Position numbers and translations under genes: made by a program. A stretch of DNA of 63,192 nt, the filler included, from Octopus bimaculoides (taxonomy: Eukaryota): NCBI RefSeq assembly GCF_001194135.2. It is 8 parts of 8 records of this genome, joined end to end, with 100 filler letters (N's around TTAATTAATTAA, not from the genome) between each part and the next. Parts side by side here need not be neighbours in the genome. Positions count along the whole stretch, not along the records: positions 36,858 to 45,239 come from NC_068998.1; positions 45,340 to 61,027 come from NC_068982.1; 6 more parts are not named here. One strand, written 5' to 3'. Under the pieces are notes generated by a model. It was not told where the DNA came from, did no database searches, and worked only from the letters and a program-made list of their open reading frames with translations. This document shows, piece by piece, positions 39,453-51,571 of this stretch; positions within the stretch are counted from its first letter, which is position 1, and every line of letters begins with the position of its first letter.

Positions 39453-40285
39453 CTCTGTCTCTAAATCTTTCAAGCAAATACAACTTCGAAAATATTGAGC
39501 AACATCTCGAATTATTTGCAATAGACGCTTACATCTTTGGTCCGTTTTTATTTTCTAGTGGGGTTAAATCATGGGTATTTAGGGCATGGGTATTTTCTGT
39601 ACCTGCCCTTATATGGATATCAAAGGAATTTAGGCCAGCATCCATGGACTTTCGGTAGTTGCAAGGTTGTTGAAAGGTTTTATCTTGGGAGGACTTTATC
39701 TTCAGATTAAGAACCTGTCCTGGATACTTGCTGGAGAAAACATTCCTCTCATTCACCTAATAACCAGGTGGAAGTGTTAAACCAGACGCTAAATTGAGTT
39801 TACTAACGAAAAGTAGAAACGGCCGTTAAATGCCCTAATAAAATGCCTAGAAATGTTTATGCGTCTGGTATTGTCAACTAAAATATCATTAATTCTCACT
39901 TTCCTCTAAACACATATGTGAATTACTTCCAAATAAGGTATTATTTTTGGTTTTGTTTTTCTGTATGTGATGACCATTATTCAAAGCAATTTTTATTCGC
40001 ATTGTTTGGGTGAGGGAAACAGGTTGCTATTTCTCTTGATAGTTTTATAATGACATATATTCAAATAAAGGAAAATTATGATCCGTAGAAAAACAAACAG
40101 TTTACACCTCAAATTTGCAGTGGCCAGCTGATATCGAGCTGGTAATTACTTTATCAACACCGAAAGGATGAAAGGCAAAGTGTACCTCAGTGACATTTGA
40201 AATCAGAACGCAAAGCCAGCAGAAACGTCTCTAAGCATTTTATCCGGCGTACTTACAATTCTGTCAGTTTGCCGCCTTAGCTATA

Positions 40286-41064
40286 ATGATAATAGTAATC
40301 AAGCATTCAGTGATGAGGGAAAGGATCAGAAGAGAATGTTATCGCAGGGTGAGAGCAATATTTAAGACAGAGCTGAATGGAAGAAACAGTGTCGAAGCGA
40401 TCAATGCTTTAGCCATACATGTTGTGACTTCCAATTTCAATATCATTAACTGGTCAGTTACTGAAACATGTAATCTTGACATAAAAATACGAAATTGTTG
40501 ACAATGTATAGAATGCACCACCCTAAGGAAGACATGGAATGAATTTACCTGCCATGAAAAGAGGGAGGCTGTGGACTTTTAGAACTGTCATTAACAATGA
40601 AGATTGCCACAATTGGCCTAGATACCTACCTGAAAATCTCTGAAGACTAGATGTTTAGACTTGTCTCAAAACATGAAAACAAAAAAGCATCATACTCAGT
40701 AACAAAACAGGCAAAGGAATATCTTAGTGAATTCCGAATACAACAAATTCAGGAATTAGACATGCAGAAAAAGCTAAGCGCATGAAAACCCGTGCTTTAA
40801 ATGCTGCCTTAGGAATTCTGACTGATAAATGGCAAGAAAAACCTCTCAGTGGAAATACCCAAAGAGAGAGAATAATGCCGATGTTGACAAAGCCTTTACC
40901 CATCAATGGCTAATGGCTTCTGGCTTAAAATCAGAAACAGGACTGGAGCAACGTACAATGAAATGCTTTCGTCAAGAAAATAAGGCGTCAACCGGCTCAG
41001 TATTCGTAACCGCAATCTCACGATCAAGCATCCAACACCATAACCACGAAGCCAGGGTACTCCA
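40286..41064 (+). mobile_element. R4/Dong-like (RLE-type) non-LTR retrotransposon fragment ending in (AAT)n
   Basis: Frameshifted KTELNGRN..EAIN.LAI.VVT..F.IINWS..E...LD.KIR.LLTMY.MHHPK.D..R.YLP..EGG.GL...ADVDK..THQWL..SGLKSET. Confidence 0.8.
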
Positions 41065-41078
41065 CAATAATAATAATG

Positions 41079-41144
<66 letters not shown>

Positions 41145-42329
41145 NNNNNNNNNNNNNNNNNNNNNNNNNNNNNNNNNNNNNNNNNNNNNNNNNNNNNNNN
41201 NNNNNNNNNNNNNNNNNNNNNNNNNNNNNNNNNNNNNNNNNNNNNNNNNNNNNNNNNNNNNNNNNNNNNNNNNNNNNNNNNNNNNNNNNNNNNTTTTTTT
41301 TTTTTTTTTTTTTAAATACATGTTTTACCTATGAATTTGCGTGTGTAAATTGGGATTGCATACAACGTTTCTCTGCCCTAGGTGTACGGAAAACACTCGG
41401 CGAGAAATGGGAAAAAATTTGAAGAAAGAAAATAATAAACATAATAATAATAATAATAATAACCAGCAATATTTGATTGCTGTATATCCCATCATTGGTG
41501 GAATTGGAAAATCTAAAAGAATCTTCAGTGCGATATTAACTCAGGCATAAACAGATGTATCAAATCCACATTCATATATTTTGTTGGCGTGACTCATGTT
41601 TGCAGGGAAATATCTTTGTCGTTGTTATATTTAATTGAACAATACATAAACATAATTGGTTACTATAGTAGCGTCTTCATTTTGGCTTGTTTCAATAATT
41701 TCCAATTTAATTTTAGAAATTTTCCACTCAATTTATTCCTTTCTTGTCTCTCTATAATATTCATTTTTTCTTTAGTGTTTTATATATTTTTTTCCACTAT
41801 AGTTTACTGTCTAGATTGACAGTAAATAGTTGTATTATGTCGGTCTATTTTCTGAGTCATTGCCAAATATATTTAACAGACTGCATACTAACCATCAGTA
41901 ATCACATTCTATATTTTGTAACGGTTGCGTGACCGATTTATTGAGAAAATGATGTCATATTTTAACTAGGTAGAACTAGGAACACAGTCCAATTGTATAC
42001 TTAATGTGTGCCAGTGGTTGACGGAAGGCATTTGTTGATTTTACTGTCCGAAAAGGATCTCGTGTGTATAATATGGATAATTGATTCTAAGGGCGAAGTT
42101 CTATAAAGTATTCTGAAAATCGATTCTAGTTTCTAGACAAACATAAACATATATATTTATGTATATATGTATGTATGTAAGTATGTATGTATGTATCTAT
42201 GTATGTATGTTTGTATACATGTCTGTATGTATATATGTATGCATGTATGTGTGATGTATATATATATATATATATATATTCCCAATCACATGGTTCTCCG
42301 TTCAGAACCACCGTGTGGCACCTCGGACA

Positions 42330-43200
42330 AAACGCCTTGTAACATGTCAGTCTTGTAACATGTCAGGCCCCAGTTCTTCTGTCTCAACACCACGAAACTC
42401 CACGTTGCTCTTGCTGATCGCCTCCACACATTTCTCCACAGCAAAATCAACATCCATGGTTGAGTTTAAGGACACTACATCTATACGGCCTATTATACAG
42501 CCCATCGTAGGCATGATTGTATCCATTGATTCTGCTAAGGAGGTCTTCTGTACTGCCACACACAACAGTAGGGCATTCTGATCGGAAGCCGTATGATCAT
42601 AGAGAGGAAGTAGGAGATTCGGTAGTTGTTGGACACATTGGCTCCGCATACCTGTCTCTTTAGTGGTCTTGTCACTGGGTCAGTGGTCGTCTTATTGTTC
42701 TTGTGGACCCCAAACAATGCTGGGATGTCGTTATTAGTCGCCTGGAAGCTGTTGGCTGCGCACTTCTATGCGTCTAGGATGTTTGGTCACATCACCATGA
42801 GAACCTTGAGCGTCTTCTTTGACGCTTCATACTCCTGTATCGTTGTTACCCTCATATTGGTGATGTGGGATTGCATCGCCTGGATGTAGTTCGGCAGGCT
42901 GTCTATCGGGTTTCTGCTGGATTTGTCCGCGGGGAAGCACACAACCTCCCTATGTTTTTGTGCGCTGCATCAGCTTGCGCCGGCTACTTTATGAGTTCTT
43001 ATCGAGTGGCAGTGCTTCTCTTCTATAATGTATTCTTTCAAAATCTGTCCAAGTTTAACTTTAGTGAAGCGTTCTTCTATTTCGTCGTTTGTCTGTTTTG
43101 CTGTTTCTCTTTTGTTGAAGGGTAGGGTTGTCGGATAAATACGACTCATATCGTACGACGTACCACATGGATTGAAAAATAGGGTGTGAAACGGGTTAGT
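42330..43200 (-). mobile_element. PLE reverse transcriptase pseudogene fragment, probably Naiad/Chlamys-type
   Basis: Minus-strand frames give EVVCFPADKSSR, PALFGVHK...RQVCGAN.S.NYRISYFLS.I, and CIIGRIDVVSL..TMDVDFAVEKCVE.I..S.VEF.GV.TEELG. Confidence 0.7.
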
Positions 43201-43224
43201 GTCATTTGTACCTATTGTACTACT

Positions 43225-43557
43225 TTTTATATATTCTTTATTTTTTACTCCATACTGGAGCACCCAGGACTCACTATCGTAAGCCGAGTACTTATTCAAT
43301 CAGTCTGTTTTGTCGAACGTAAACACACCAGTATCGGTTGTCAAGTGATGGTGGAGGAACAAACATAGATACACAAACATACACACACACGCAAGCATGC
43401 ACGCACACATACAACGGGCTTCTTTAAATCGATTCACAAGGCTTTGGTCGGCTCGAAGCTATGACAGAGGCAGTAACGCATGGTGTCACACGGGGGGACT
43501 GAACCCGGAACCACCTGGTTGCGAAGCAAGCTTTTTACCACACAGCCACTCCTGTGC
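43225..43557 (-). mobile_element. SINE family A, near full length
   Basis: Reverse complement of head, CORE-like middle and 3' module. Confidence 0.8.
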
Positions 43558-43805
43558 CTATTATGATATATATATATATATATANNNNNNNNNNNNNNNN
43601 NNNNNNNNNNNNNNNNNNNNNNNNNNNNNNNNNNNNNNNNNNNNNNNNNNNNNNNNNNNNNNNNNNNNNNNNNNNNNNNNNNNNNNNNNNNNNNNNNNNN
43701 NNNNNNNNNNNNNNNNNNNNNNNNNNNNNNNNNNNNNNNNNNNNNNNNNNNNNNNNNNNNNNNNNNNNNNNNNNNNNNNNNNNNNNNNNNNNNNNNNNNN
43801 NNNNN

Positions 43806-43857
<52 letters not shown>

Positions 43858-45074
43858 CTTGCATATACATGTGATTTTGTGTGTTTTCAGCCACGTATTG
43901 TAGAAAAGGTGCTTGATTAATCGCTTCTCTATCACTACCACCGCCACCATCACTTCACTTGTATGTCATATCTTCATCACCACATATATTGTTTCACTCC
44001 TGGACAATGAATGTGACAAGATAAATGATTATGGAGAAATGACGCGGACATCGTAGGTTTTACTCGAGGCAGTCTATCAATTACTCTCTCTCTCTCTTGT
44101 TTCTGTCTTTCTCGCTCCCTCTTTCGTTCTCGTTATTCTACTGTATAGTCTATTAATTACCGTCTACACGGCTATACTACGTATTTTATATCTTGTCTAA
44201 CGACCTCTCATACTGGAACAGCGCCACGATTATAGCAACATTTTTCTCTCTCTCCCTACATCTCTTTCTCATTCATTCACTCATTGACTCACTCCCTATC
44301 TCCCTCACCCCTACCTCATTCACTCACTCAGTCAATCTCTTCGTTTCTCTCTCTGTTGGATTCCATAGCTACCTGTACGTATATACCTTCGATTTATCAT
44401 AATGTCCCCAAGTCGTGTTTGTATATTATTTATTTATTTAATTATTTAATCATTTATTATTCACAATGTAGAAAGAGATTTAGTCTGATTGGTATAAAAT
44501 GAAATAAAAAAGCATTATACATTCGTCATTGAAATACGACGAATTCTGAACCAAGAAATGAATGCCCGCTAAATATGGCTTTTCACTATGTTTGAAATAA
44601 CAGCTAGTTCTGTCTCTGAAATCCGTCAAAAGTTTTTAAATAATAACACGCTGTCCCGCTCATGCATCGCACAACAATACATCACAATATGCAGCATTTC
44701 TAACATTCCACATCACACTCCAGCAATTGGAAACTTATATTCTAATACTCAAAACACAACGCAGAGCTGCAATATTTTAGTCTCGTACGCACAGCAGACT
44801 GTACAACTACACTTACGGCTACGTTACTACGGTTTCTCAGATGTTGTAATTATCAGAATCAAGAACAATATCTCGACATGATTGTGTAGATCATATAATG
44901 ATGTTTCTCCCGATGGTGTGTGGGCTATTTTTGGCCTTTTGAATCCAGACGGTACTAGTTAGCTCATTGGTTGTCTAATTGTCTACGAATAGTTTAGAAA
45001 ATTCGTAGGTTGCTTAGTTCTTTAAGTAACATCAACATCTCTGTGTTCAACCCTGTGTGGCTAATAAAGAAACA

Positions 45075-45145
<71 letters not shown>

Positions 45146-45411
45146 TTGTCTGCCTATCTATCTATAGATACATATACACACACAAAATACATACATACAT
45201 ACACACACATATATATATATATATATACATATATACATANNNNNNNNNNNNNNNNNNNNNNNNNNNNNNNNNNNNNNNNNNNNTTAATTAATTAANNNNN
45301 NNNNNNNNNNNNNNNNNNNNNNNNNNNNNNNNNNNNNNNCATGTGGTTGGTAAGCAAGCTACTTACCACAAAGCCACTCCTGCACCTGTATAATCTGTGA
45401 ATAAATGTATA

Positions 45412-45617
45412 TAAAAGTTCCTGGCTTTGGGTAAAAGAAAATACAGGGAGATCTGTAAATTATGATTTTATTCAACATATTCCCCTCTGATTCGCACAGT
45501 TATTGCAGCGGTCCTTCAGTTTTTCTAAGCCCTGTAAAAGAACTCGGAAGGTTGGGCCTCCAGCCAGGCCTTTCGCGCAGATACCCTGAAGGCCAGGGAC
45601 TTTTAAGCACCCCCTCG
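45412..45617. mobile_element. Mariner-derived MITE
   Basis: Partial TIRs taaaagttcctggctt / aaggccagggacttttaagcaccccctcg. The internal reverse complement resembles a mariner C-terminus (GEYVE*). Confidence 0.6.
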
Positions 45618-46179
45618 TGTGTGTACGCGTGTGTGTGTGTGCCTGCCTGTCTATGTATGTATGTATGTATGTATGTATGTATGTATGTATGTATGTATGT
45701 TTGTATGTATGTTTGTACAAGGAAAGAGAGAAAAGACAGAAAGGAAGAGAGAACAATCTTACCTACTTATGATTCAAACGATAAATTTCCAAAATGTTCA
45801 GTGATGTATAAAACTCAGTGAAGCAATGGCGGAAAAGATTTCCAAAATCGATTATTTACATCATTAATGTAGTTTAATCTCATCCAGGAATCAGGAATCC
45901 AATAATATCAACCAAAACAATTACGCTAAGACTTTATTTCTTTCAATCATGTACTGACACCGAAACATTAGATTCTTACATAACAACAAATGTTTTTAAT
46001 TAGATATTTGATGCTCACAGGATTAAATGCGTTAATACTGGCTTAACTTTTGTTTCTTATACAGATGGTTTCTATGAATGGTAGAGTGGTTAAGAACTTC
46101 GCGTTGCAGTCATAAGATCTCGGGTTCGAAGCTCATTGCATGGCATCTGGCTATATTATAGTCTCAGGTAAAGCGGTCA

Positions 46180-46378
46180 GCTGGCAGAGACATCAGCACG
46201 CACGGTTGAATGCTTAGCGGCATTTCGTCCGTCTTTACGTTCTGAGTTCAAATGCGACTTTGCCTTTTATTCATTCGGGGACGATAAAATAAGTACCAGT
46301 TGCGCACTGGGGTCGATGTAATCTACTTATCCCTTCTCCCGATATTTCTGGCCTTGTGTCAAAATTTGAAGTCAATAT
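46180..46378 (+). mobile_element. SINE family B
   Basis: aaagcggtcagctggcagag...ctgagttcaaat...gactttgccttt...ggccttgtgtcaaaatttgaa. Confidence 0.75.
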
Positions 46379-46671
46379 TATAGCTGCAGGTATACCCAGT
46401 CGCAATGAGTAAAGCAGGGTGGACGGAAGTTGTATGAGACTTCGTCGGGTGAATTGTACTTGGAATTCAAAAGCCCAAGCTTGTCATGCTGTATCACGAT
46501 GCTTCTACTTCAGAATTACGTTAAGGATGCACGAGTTTGTGGAATATTCGACCACTAAGTAATCTAATGCAATAAGTTGCTCGTTCAGTTGACCGAACAA
46601 CTTGACGCTCATGCGCCCAAATTGACCCAAGCGTTCTTCATCATAATTAACCTCAACGATTACATATACAT

Positions 46672-47040
46672 CGTGGCTGTGTGGTAAGAAGCTTGCTTCC
46701 CAACCACATGGTTCCGGGTTCAGTTCCACTGCGAGGCACCTTGGACAAGTGTCTTCTACTATAGCTTCGGGCAGACCAAAGTCTTGTGAATGGATTTGGT
46801 AGACGGAAACTGAAAGAAGCCCGTCGTATATATATGTATATTTGTGTGTGTGTGCTTGTCCCCGCACCATCGCTACAACTGATTTTGGTGTGTTTACGCC
46901 CCCGTAACTTAGCGGTTCGGCAAAAAAGATAGAATAAGTACTAGGCTTACAAAGAATAAGTCCTGGGGTCGATTTGTTCGACTAAAGGCGGTGTTCCAGC
47001 ATGGCCGCAGTCAAATTACCGAAACAAGTAAATGAATAAA
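46672..47040 (+). mobile_element. SINE family A, full length (tRNA-like head, CORE-like middle)
   Basis: gtggctgtgtggtaagaagcttgc (A-box-like), gggttcagttcc (B-box-like), gcaccttggacaagtgtctt, 3' module. Confidence 0.9.
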
Positions 47041-47061
47041 TGAATACACACACACACACAC

Positions 47062-47101
<40 letters not shown>

Positions 47102-47471
47102 TATGACCACATCTTTGCGAGGAACGGGAACGTGAAACTCTGAGTTACAGTTTGTGAAGATATTTGCAAAGTCGACCTTGGCGGAGTTTGAACTCAGAAC
47201 GTACAGACGGACGAAATGCTGTCAAGCATTTTATCCGGCGCAACATGTTACTTGTTATCCACATTCAACTCATCAGACAATGGTCAAACGAGAATTTCAA
47301 TTTTGATTTGTAATTTATTATTTGAAGATCAATATTCATTTGATCGATTTGTATAAGCACCAAGTAATTTGATAGAAAGTGTCGAATTATGATTATCGTA
47401 GGTATGCCATATTTCCTGATGCAACAGTTCACAATCAAAGTCACCCGTCATAGACAGGTAACACTCTAATT

Positions 47472-47730
47472 GAGGAAGCGCGTGGCTAAGTGGTTAGGGT
47501 GTCAGCATCATGGTCGTAAGATTGCGGTTTCGATTCCCGGACCGGGCGACGCGTTGTGTCCTTGAGCAAAACACTTCATTTCACGTTGCTCCATTCTCAT
47601 CACCTGGTAAAGATGAATAATCCTGTGACTGACCGGCCTCCCGTCCAGGTGAGGAATATATACGCCATGAAACTGGGAAACTGGTCCTTATGAGTCGGTA
47701 CGATTCGAAAAGGTAACTTCACCTTTACCA
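47472..47730 (+). mobile_element. tRNA-derived SINE family C with CORE-like domain
   Basis: gcgcgtggctaagtggttagg (A box), ggtttcgattccc (B box), gttgtgtccttgagcaaaacactt (CORE-like). Confidence 0.8.
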
Positions 47731-47752
47731 TAACGCTCTTATAATTAAGCAG

Positions 47753-48485
47753 CTAGCAGCAATACCCGTTGTTGATCGGGTAATTACTTTTACTTTTTCT
47801 CGGGAGCCACATTCAAAGTATTATTATATATATAATTTACTCTTCCTGTACATGTGTATTTTTATAACAGAAAAATACGTAATAATTGAAGTAAAAAAAA
47901 TCAATTTCATACATGAACTTCTGTTTGTTTATTATATGACAATAATAAATGAGTTGTATGTGTTATTTTATTTATTAATACAGTAATGGTAATTATATAA
48001 TATTGTTATAAGAGAAAAAAACATGTAATAATTGAAGTAGGAAAAAGTTCAAATTCACACATGAATTTGTGTTTGTTTATTATATAATAATAAGTGAGTT
48101 GTATGTGTTATTTTATTTATCAGTTCAGCAATGGCATGCAAATCGAATTACATATACGAACTTCTGTTTGTCATTCAAGCAGTAATCCAGCAACTTTTAG
48201 TGTTTGGCCCTGGCTTTTATTAATGCTGATGGCAAAAGAAAGTGGGATAGGAAACTGTGAAGGTTAAAATTTGAATGGGACATTAGATGGCATAACTGTT
48301 ATTCGAGGAACGAAGACGGTATCACTTTTATCACAACCAATGGGAATGTTTGCCTCAATGCAGTTTGTCATAGGTTTGTACACAATTAGTGTTGCTTCCC
48401 TTGGACCATTTACTTTCATTTTATGGGACAAACAAACACACAAACGGACAGAATCTCTCTTATATATATATATATATATATATAT
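47753..48485 (-). mobile_element. Second non-autonomous Helitron-like element
   Basis: 3' CTAG at 47756-47753 with hairpin tacccg/cgggta. About 250 bp is homologous to 30-285. It has an internal ~145-bp duplication. The minus-strand 5' end reads (TA)n-AAGAGAGATTCTGTCCGTTTGTGTGTTTGTTTGTCCC. Confidence 0.6.
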
Positions 48486-48539
48486 ATTAGGGACAAAATC
48501 CAAAATTACAGGCAAAAAACTCAATTAAAATCAATTTAT

Positions 48540-49070
48540 AAAAAATTAAAATTAAATTGAGCCTTATAGATAAAGTATATATAAAATATATAGTTTTAAT
48601 ATATATATGTGATGTAATAGTTTAGTTAGAGATGACATGGTTATTATACGGTAATGATTTATGTGGTAAGTGCGATAATACAAAGTCGATATATTTAGTA
48701 TATTTAGTTAAGAGGTTTTGGTATCCAGAAGACCCAAAAGGCAGGTAAGGCTATGTAAGTGCTACGGAAGGAGCGTTGTTAGACTCCCGGTTCGATAATA
48801 GTATGAGTGATGTGTCTAACAAGGGTCGTGTGTGAGTGTGTATATGTTAAATAAAATGAGACAACAAAGCCAAGGCAGTGTGAAATTTCTAGGACATTTA
48901 TAAAGAGAAAGGTAGTCTTATAGCTGTTTCAGGGATATAACAGGCGTCCCATCATCGGAGACGATATGAGAGAGTTAAATAGAAGGAAATAGTAGAGTTC
49001 AATATAAGAAGTTATTTTGGAAAGGGATAGATATAGGAAGTACAAAGGGAAATATTACAGGCCAATATAT
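48540..49070 (-). mobile_element. PLE-like terminal-repeat remnant with a decayed hammerhead at 48915-48962
   Basis: Minus strand: gtct-CCGATGA-t-ggga...tccc-t-GAAA-CAGCTAT-A-agac; same family as 34270-34900. Confidence 0.55.
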
Positions 49071-49071
49071 A

Positions 49072-49341
49072 CTGGGCTGGCCAAAAGACACCTGACAGTA
49101 AACCAAAGACATTAATTCCAAGATTTATAAAGTTAAAGAAGTGATTTTAAATTTTCAAACGCAGGATAATGCTAATAATATAGCCTGAACAGGATAAGCT
49201 ACCCCTTTTTGCAGAAAAAAGTGTTGGTGGCCGGCTGAAGTCCTTCTTGAGCGACACATTTTCCCATTTGGATTAATACAGAATTATAGATAGTGTTTAT
49301 GGAATTTTGATTTACTGTCGGGTGACTTTTGGCTAACCCTG
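49072..49341. mobile_element. Tc1/mariner-type MITE
   Basis: TIRs ctgggctggccaaaagacacctgac versus the reverse complement cagggttagccaaaagtcacccgac, with TA flanks. Confidence 0.7.
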
Positions 49342-49561
49342 TATATTTAACAATTAGTGACATAACAGTGGCGGATGCAGGGGTGTCGCCCTAGTTGCCT
49401 GGGCAACACCCTTTCTAGCCGAGCTGACACAAAATATAATAACATTGTTATTTTATTTCCGGCAGTTTCACAGCATTACTGTTTCATATGTATATGGTCT
49501 GTTAAAACAAAGTTAGAATACATAAAAATGTGTCCATTTGTTACGAATTGCGATTCCCACC

Positions 49562-49788
49562 TTACTCTTTTATTCTTTTATTTGTCCTAGATGTTTGACT
49601 ACGGCCATGCTGGAGTATTGCCTTTAGTCGAACAAATCGACCCCAGGATTCATTCTTTGTAAGCCTAGTACTTATTCTATCGGTTTCTTTTTGACGAACC
49701 GCTAAGTTACGGCGTCGTAAACACACCAACTTCGGTTGCCAAGCGATGGTGCGGGGACAAACACACACATTAACACACAAACACAAAG

Positions 49789-49820
<32 letters not shown>

Positions 49821-49970
49821 GACGGGCTTCTTTCAGTTTCCGTCTACCAAATCCACTCACAAGGCTTTGGTCGGTCCGAGGCTATAGCAGAAGACGCCCA
49901 AGGTGCCACGCAATAGGACTGAACCCGGAACCATGTGGTCTGTAAGCAAGCTACTTACCACACAGCCACG
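49562..49970 (-). mobile_element. SINE family A, full length
   Basis: Complete reverse-complement copy. Confidence 0.9.
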
Positions 49971-50435
49971 ATGTATATGTAATCAGTGAGGTTAATTATG
50001 ATGAAGAATGCTTGTGTCAATTTTTGGCAACACCTCCAAACTTTTGGACAACGCTCCCCAAAATATCCTGGATCCTACCCTCCCACCTCACACACACATA
50101 CCGGGCACGCGGGTTGGAGGTGGGGGCAAATCAATTCAACTTACCCTAATGCTTGACTGGTACTTTATTTCATCGATTATATTTACCGCAGTACATAACA
50201 TGTACTTGATTTATCGACTTTGGAAATGTGAAAAGCAAGATCGAATACGGCAGGATTTGAACTCAGAGCATAAAGGATTGTAGTTAAATTCCGCTAGGTA
50301 TTGTGTGATTTATCATTTTGTATCAATCGCATTTTCCAGTCCGCCGCAGTCACAAATGTAGAGGTGAACTTCCTTTTATTTACATTATACATTATTTACA
50401 TTTGACGGATATTTGTACTCATCTTGTTTGTTGTT

Positions 50436-50481
50436 AACACGACATTTCGGCTGATATACCCTCCAGCCTTCATCAGGTGTC
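50436..50481 (-). ncRNA. Minimal type-I hammerhead ribozyme
   Basis: Minus strand: GACAC-CTGATGA-A-GGCTG-gagggtatat-CAGCC-GAAA-TGTC-GTGTT; GUC site; loopless stem III (dimer-dependent). Confidence 0.7.
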
Positions 50482-50548
50482 TTGGGGAAATTTCGAACCT
50501 GGGTTCTCATTCCTAAGGTATTTTTTGTTGTTGTTGTTATTATTATTA

Positions 50549-50607
<59 letters not shown>

Positions 50608-51162
50608 GGGTGAGAGAGCAGTGCATGCCACCAAAGTGACAGTGGGGTAAAATATACAAAGCCCAATATACCCATCATGACTACCCGTCTGATAAGGGTA
50701 CACCAGGCACATGCATCACAACCATATGTGCACGACATGGTGATCTCATATCAAGATAAACAGCGCATGACCTCGCAGGTGGGGGCCCAGTTAGAATTTT
50801 TTTCAGGTCGAGTAGCCCATCCCGCTCAAAAGGTCCCTGAATAAGGTTTGTTTAAGGATGTTGAGCAAAACACCCATGTTTCCAAAGGTGAATTATTCAA
50901 ACCCCAAAGAACTCCTCTCAACACATGGCTATGATGCTCCCCCACTACTTCTGCTCGTGATCAGAGATGCACATATCGTCAGCCACCAAGGGACATGCTC
51001 AACTGGTTAAGGTCAAACAACTGACAAGCAAATCTGTGGTATTAAGCAGAATATTTGCTGTAGCCCATCTTTTATACCAAGACAAAACAACGTACATGAT
51101 AACACTTCCAATCAATTAAGATCAGAAGCCATGAGAGCCACTACCTGGTACTGCATCAGGGC

Positions 51163-51165
<3 letters not shown>
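50608..51165. mobile_element. 558-bp non-coding element embedded in an (AAT)n/(TTA)n tract
   Basis: Sharp boundaries with (TTA)n on both sides; no TIR and no recognisable ORF. Confidence 0.6.
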
Positions 51166-51245
<80 letters not shown>

Positions 51246-51408
51246 TCACTGCCTCGAATCGAACTCGGAATTCCTCATCCGTTAAATATAGAACTGTATA
51301 ATCTAATCGGTACGGAACCGACATTAGACTTCAATGGAGACATATAGAGAAACTCCATCAACCCCAAGATTCCGAGTTCGATTCCAGGTGGGTAACCTGA
51401 ATAATAAC

Positions 51409-51464
<56 letters not shown>

Positions 51465-51525
51465 TAATAATAATAATATCGAAAAATACCTTAGGAATGA
51501 GAACCCAGGTTCGAAATTTCCCCAA

Positions 51526-51571
51526 GACACCTGATGAAGGCTGGAGGGTATATCAGTCGAAACGTTGTGTT
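51526..51571 (+). ncRNA. Minimal type-I hammerhead ribozyme inside a 372-nt terminally redundant unit (51269-51670)
   Basis: GACAC-CTGATGA-A-GGCTG..CAGTC-GAAA-CGTT-GTGTT; palindromic ACGT stem III; GUU site. Confidence 0.7.

Noticed and set aside
42965-42980. In-frame TGA in the Naiad-like RT as possible selenocysteine
   Set aside because: It lies at an apparent frameshift in a copy with other stops and indels, and no SECIS was recognised.
44588-44881. 97-aa ORF in a unique, CpG-retaining segment
   Set aside because: No recognisable motif or splice context; it may be regulatory or UTR sequence, but this cannot be supported from sequence alone.
47245-47282. Minus-strand CTGATGA-gtt...aac motif
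   Set aside because: GAAA is mutated and the stem I partner is replaced by a SINE.
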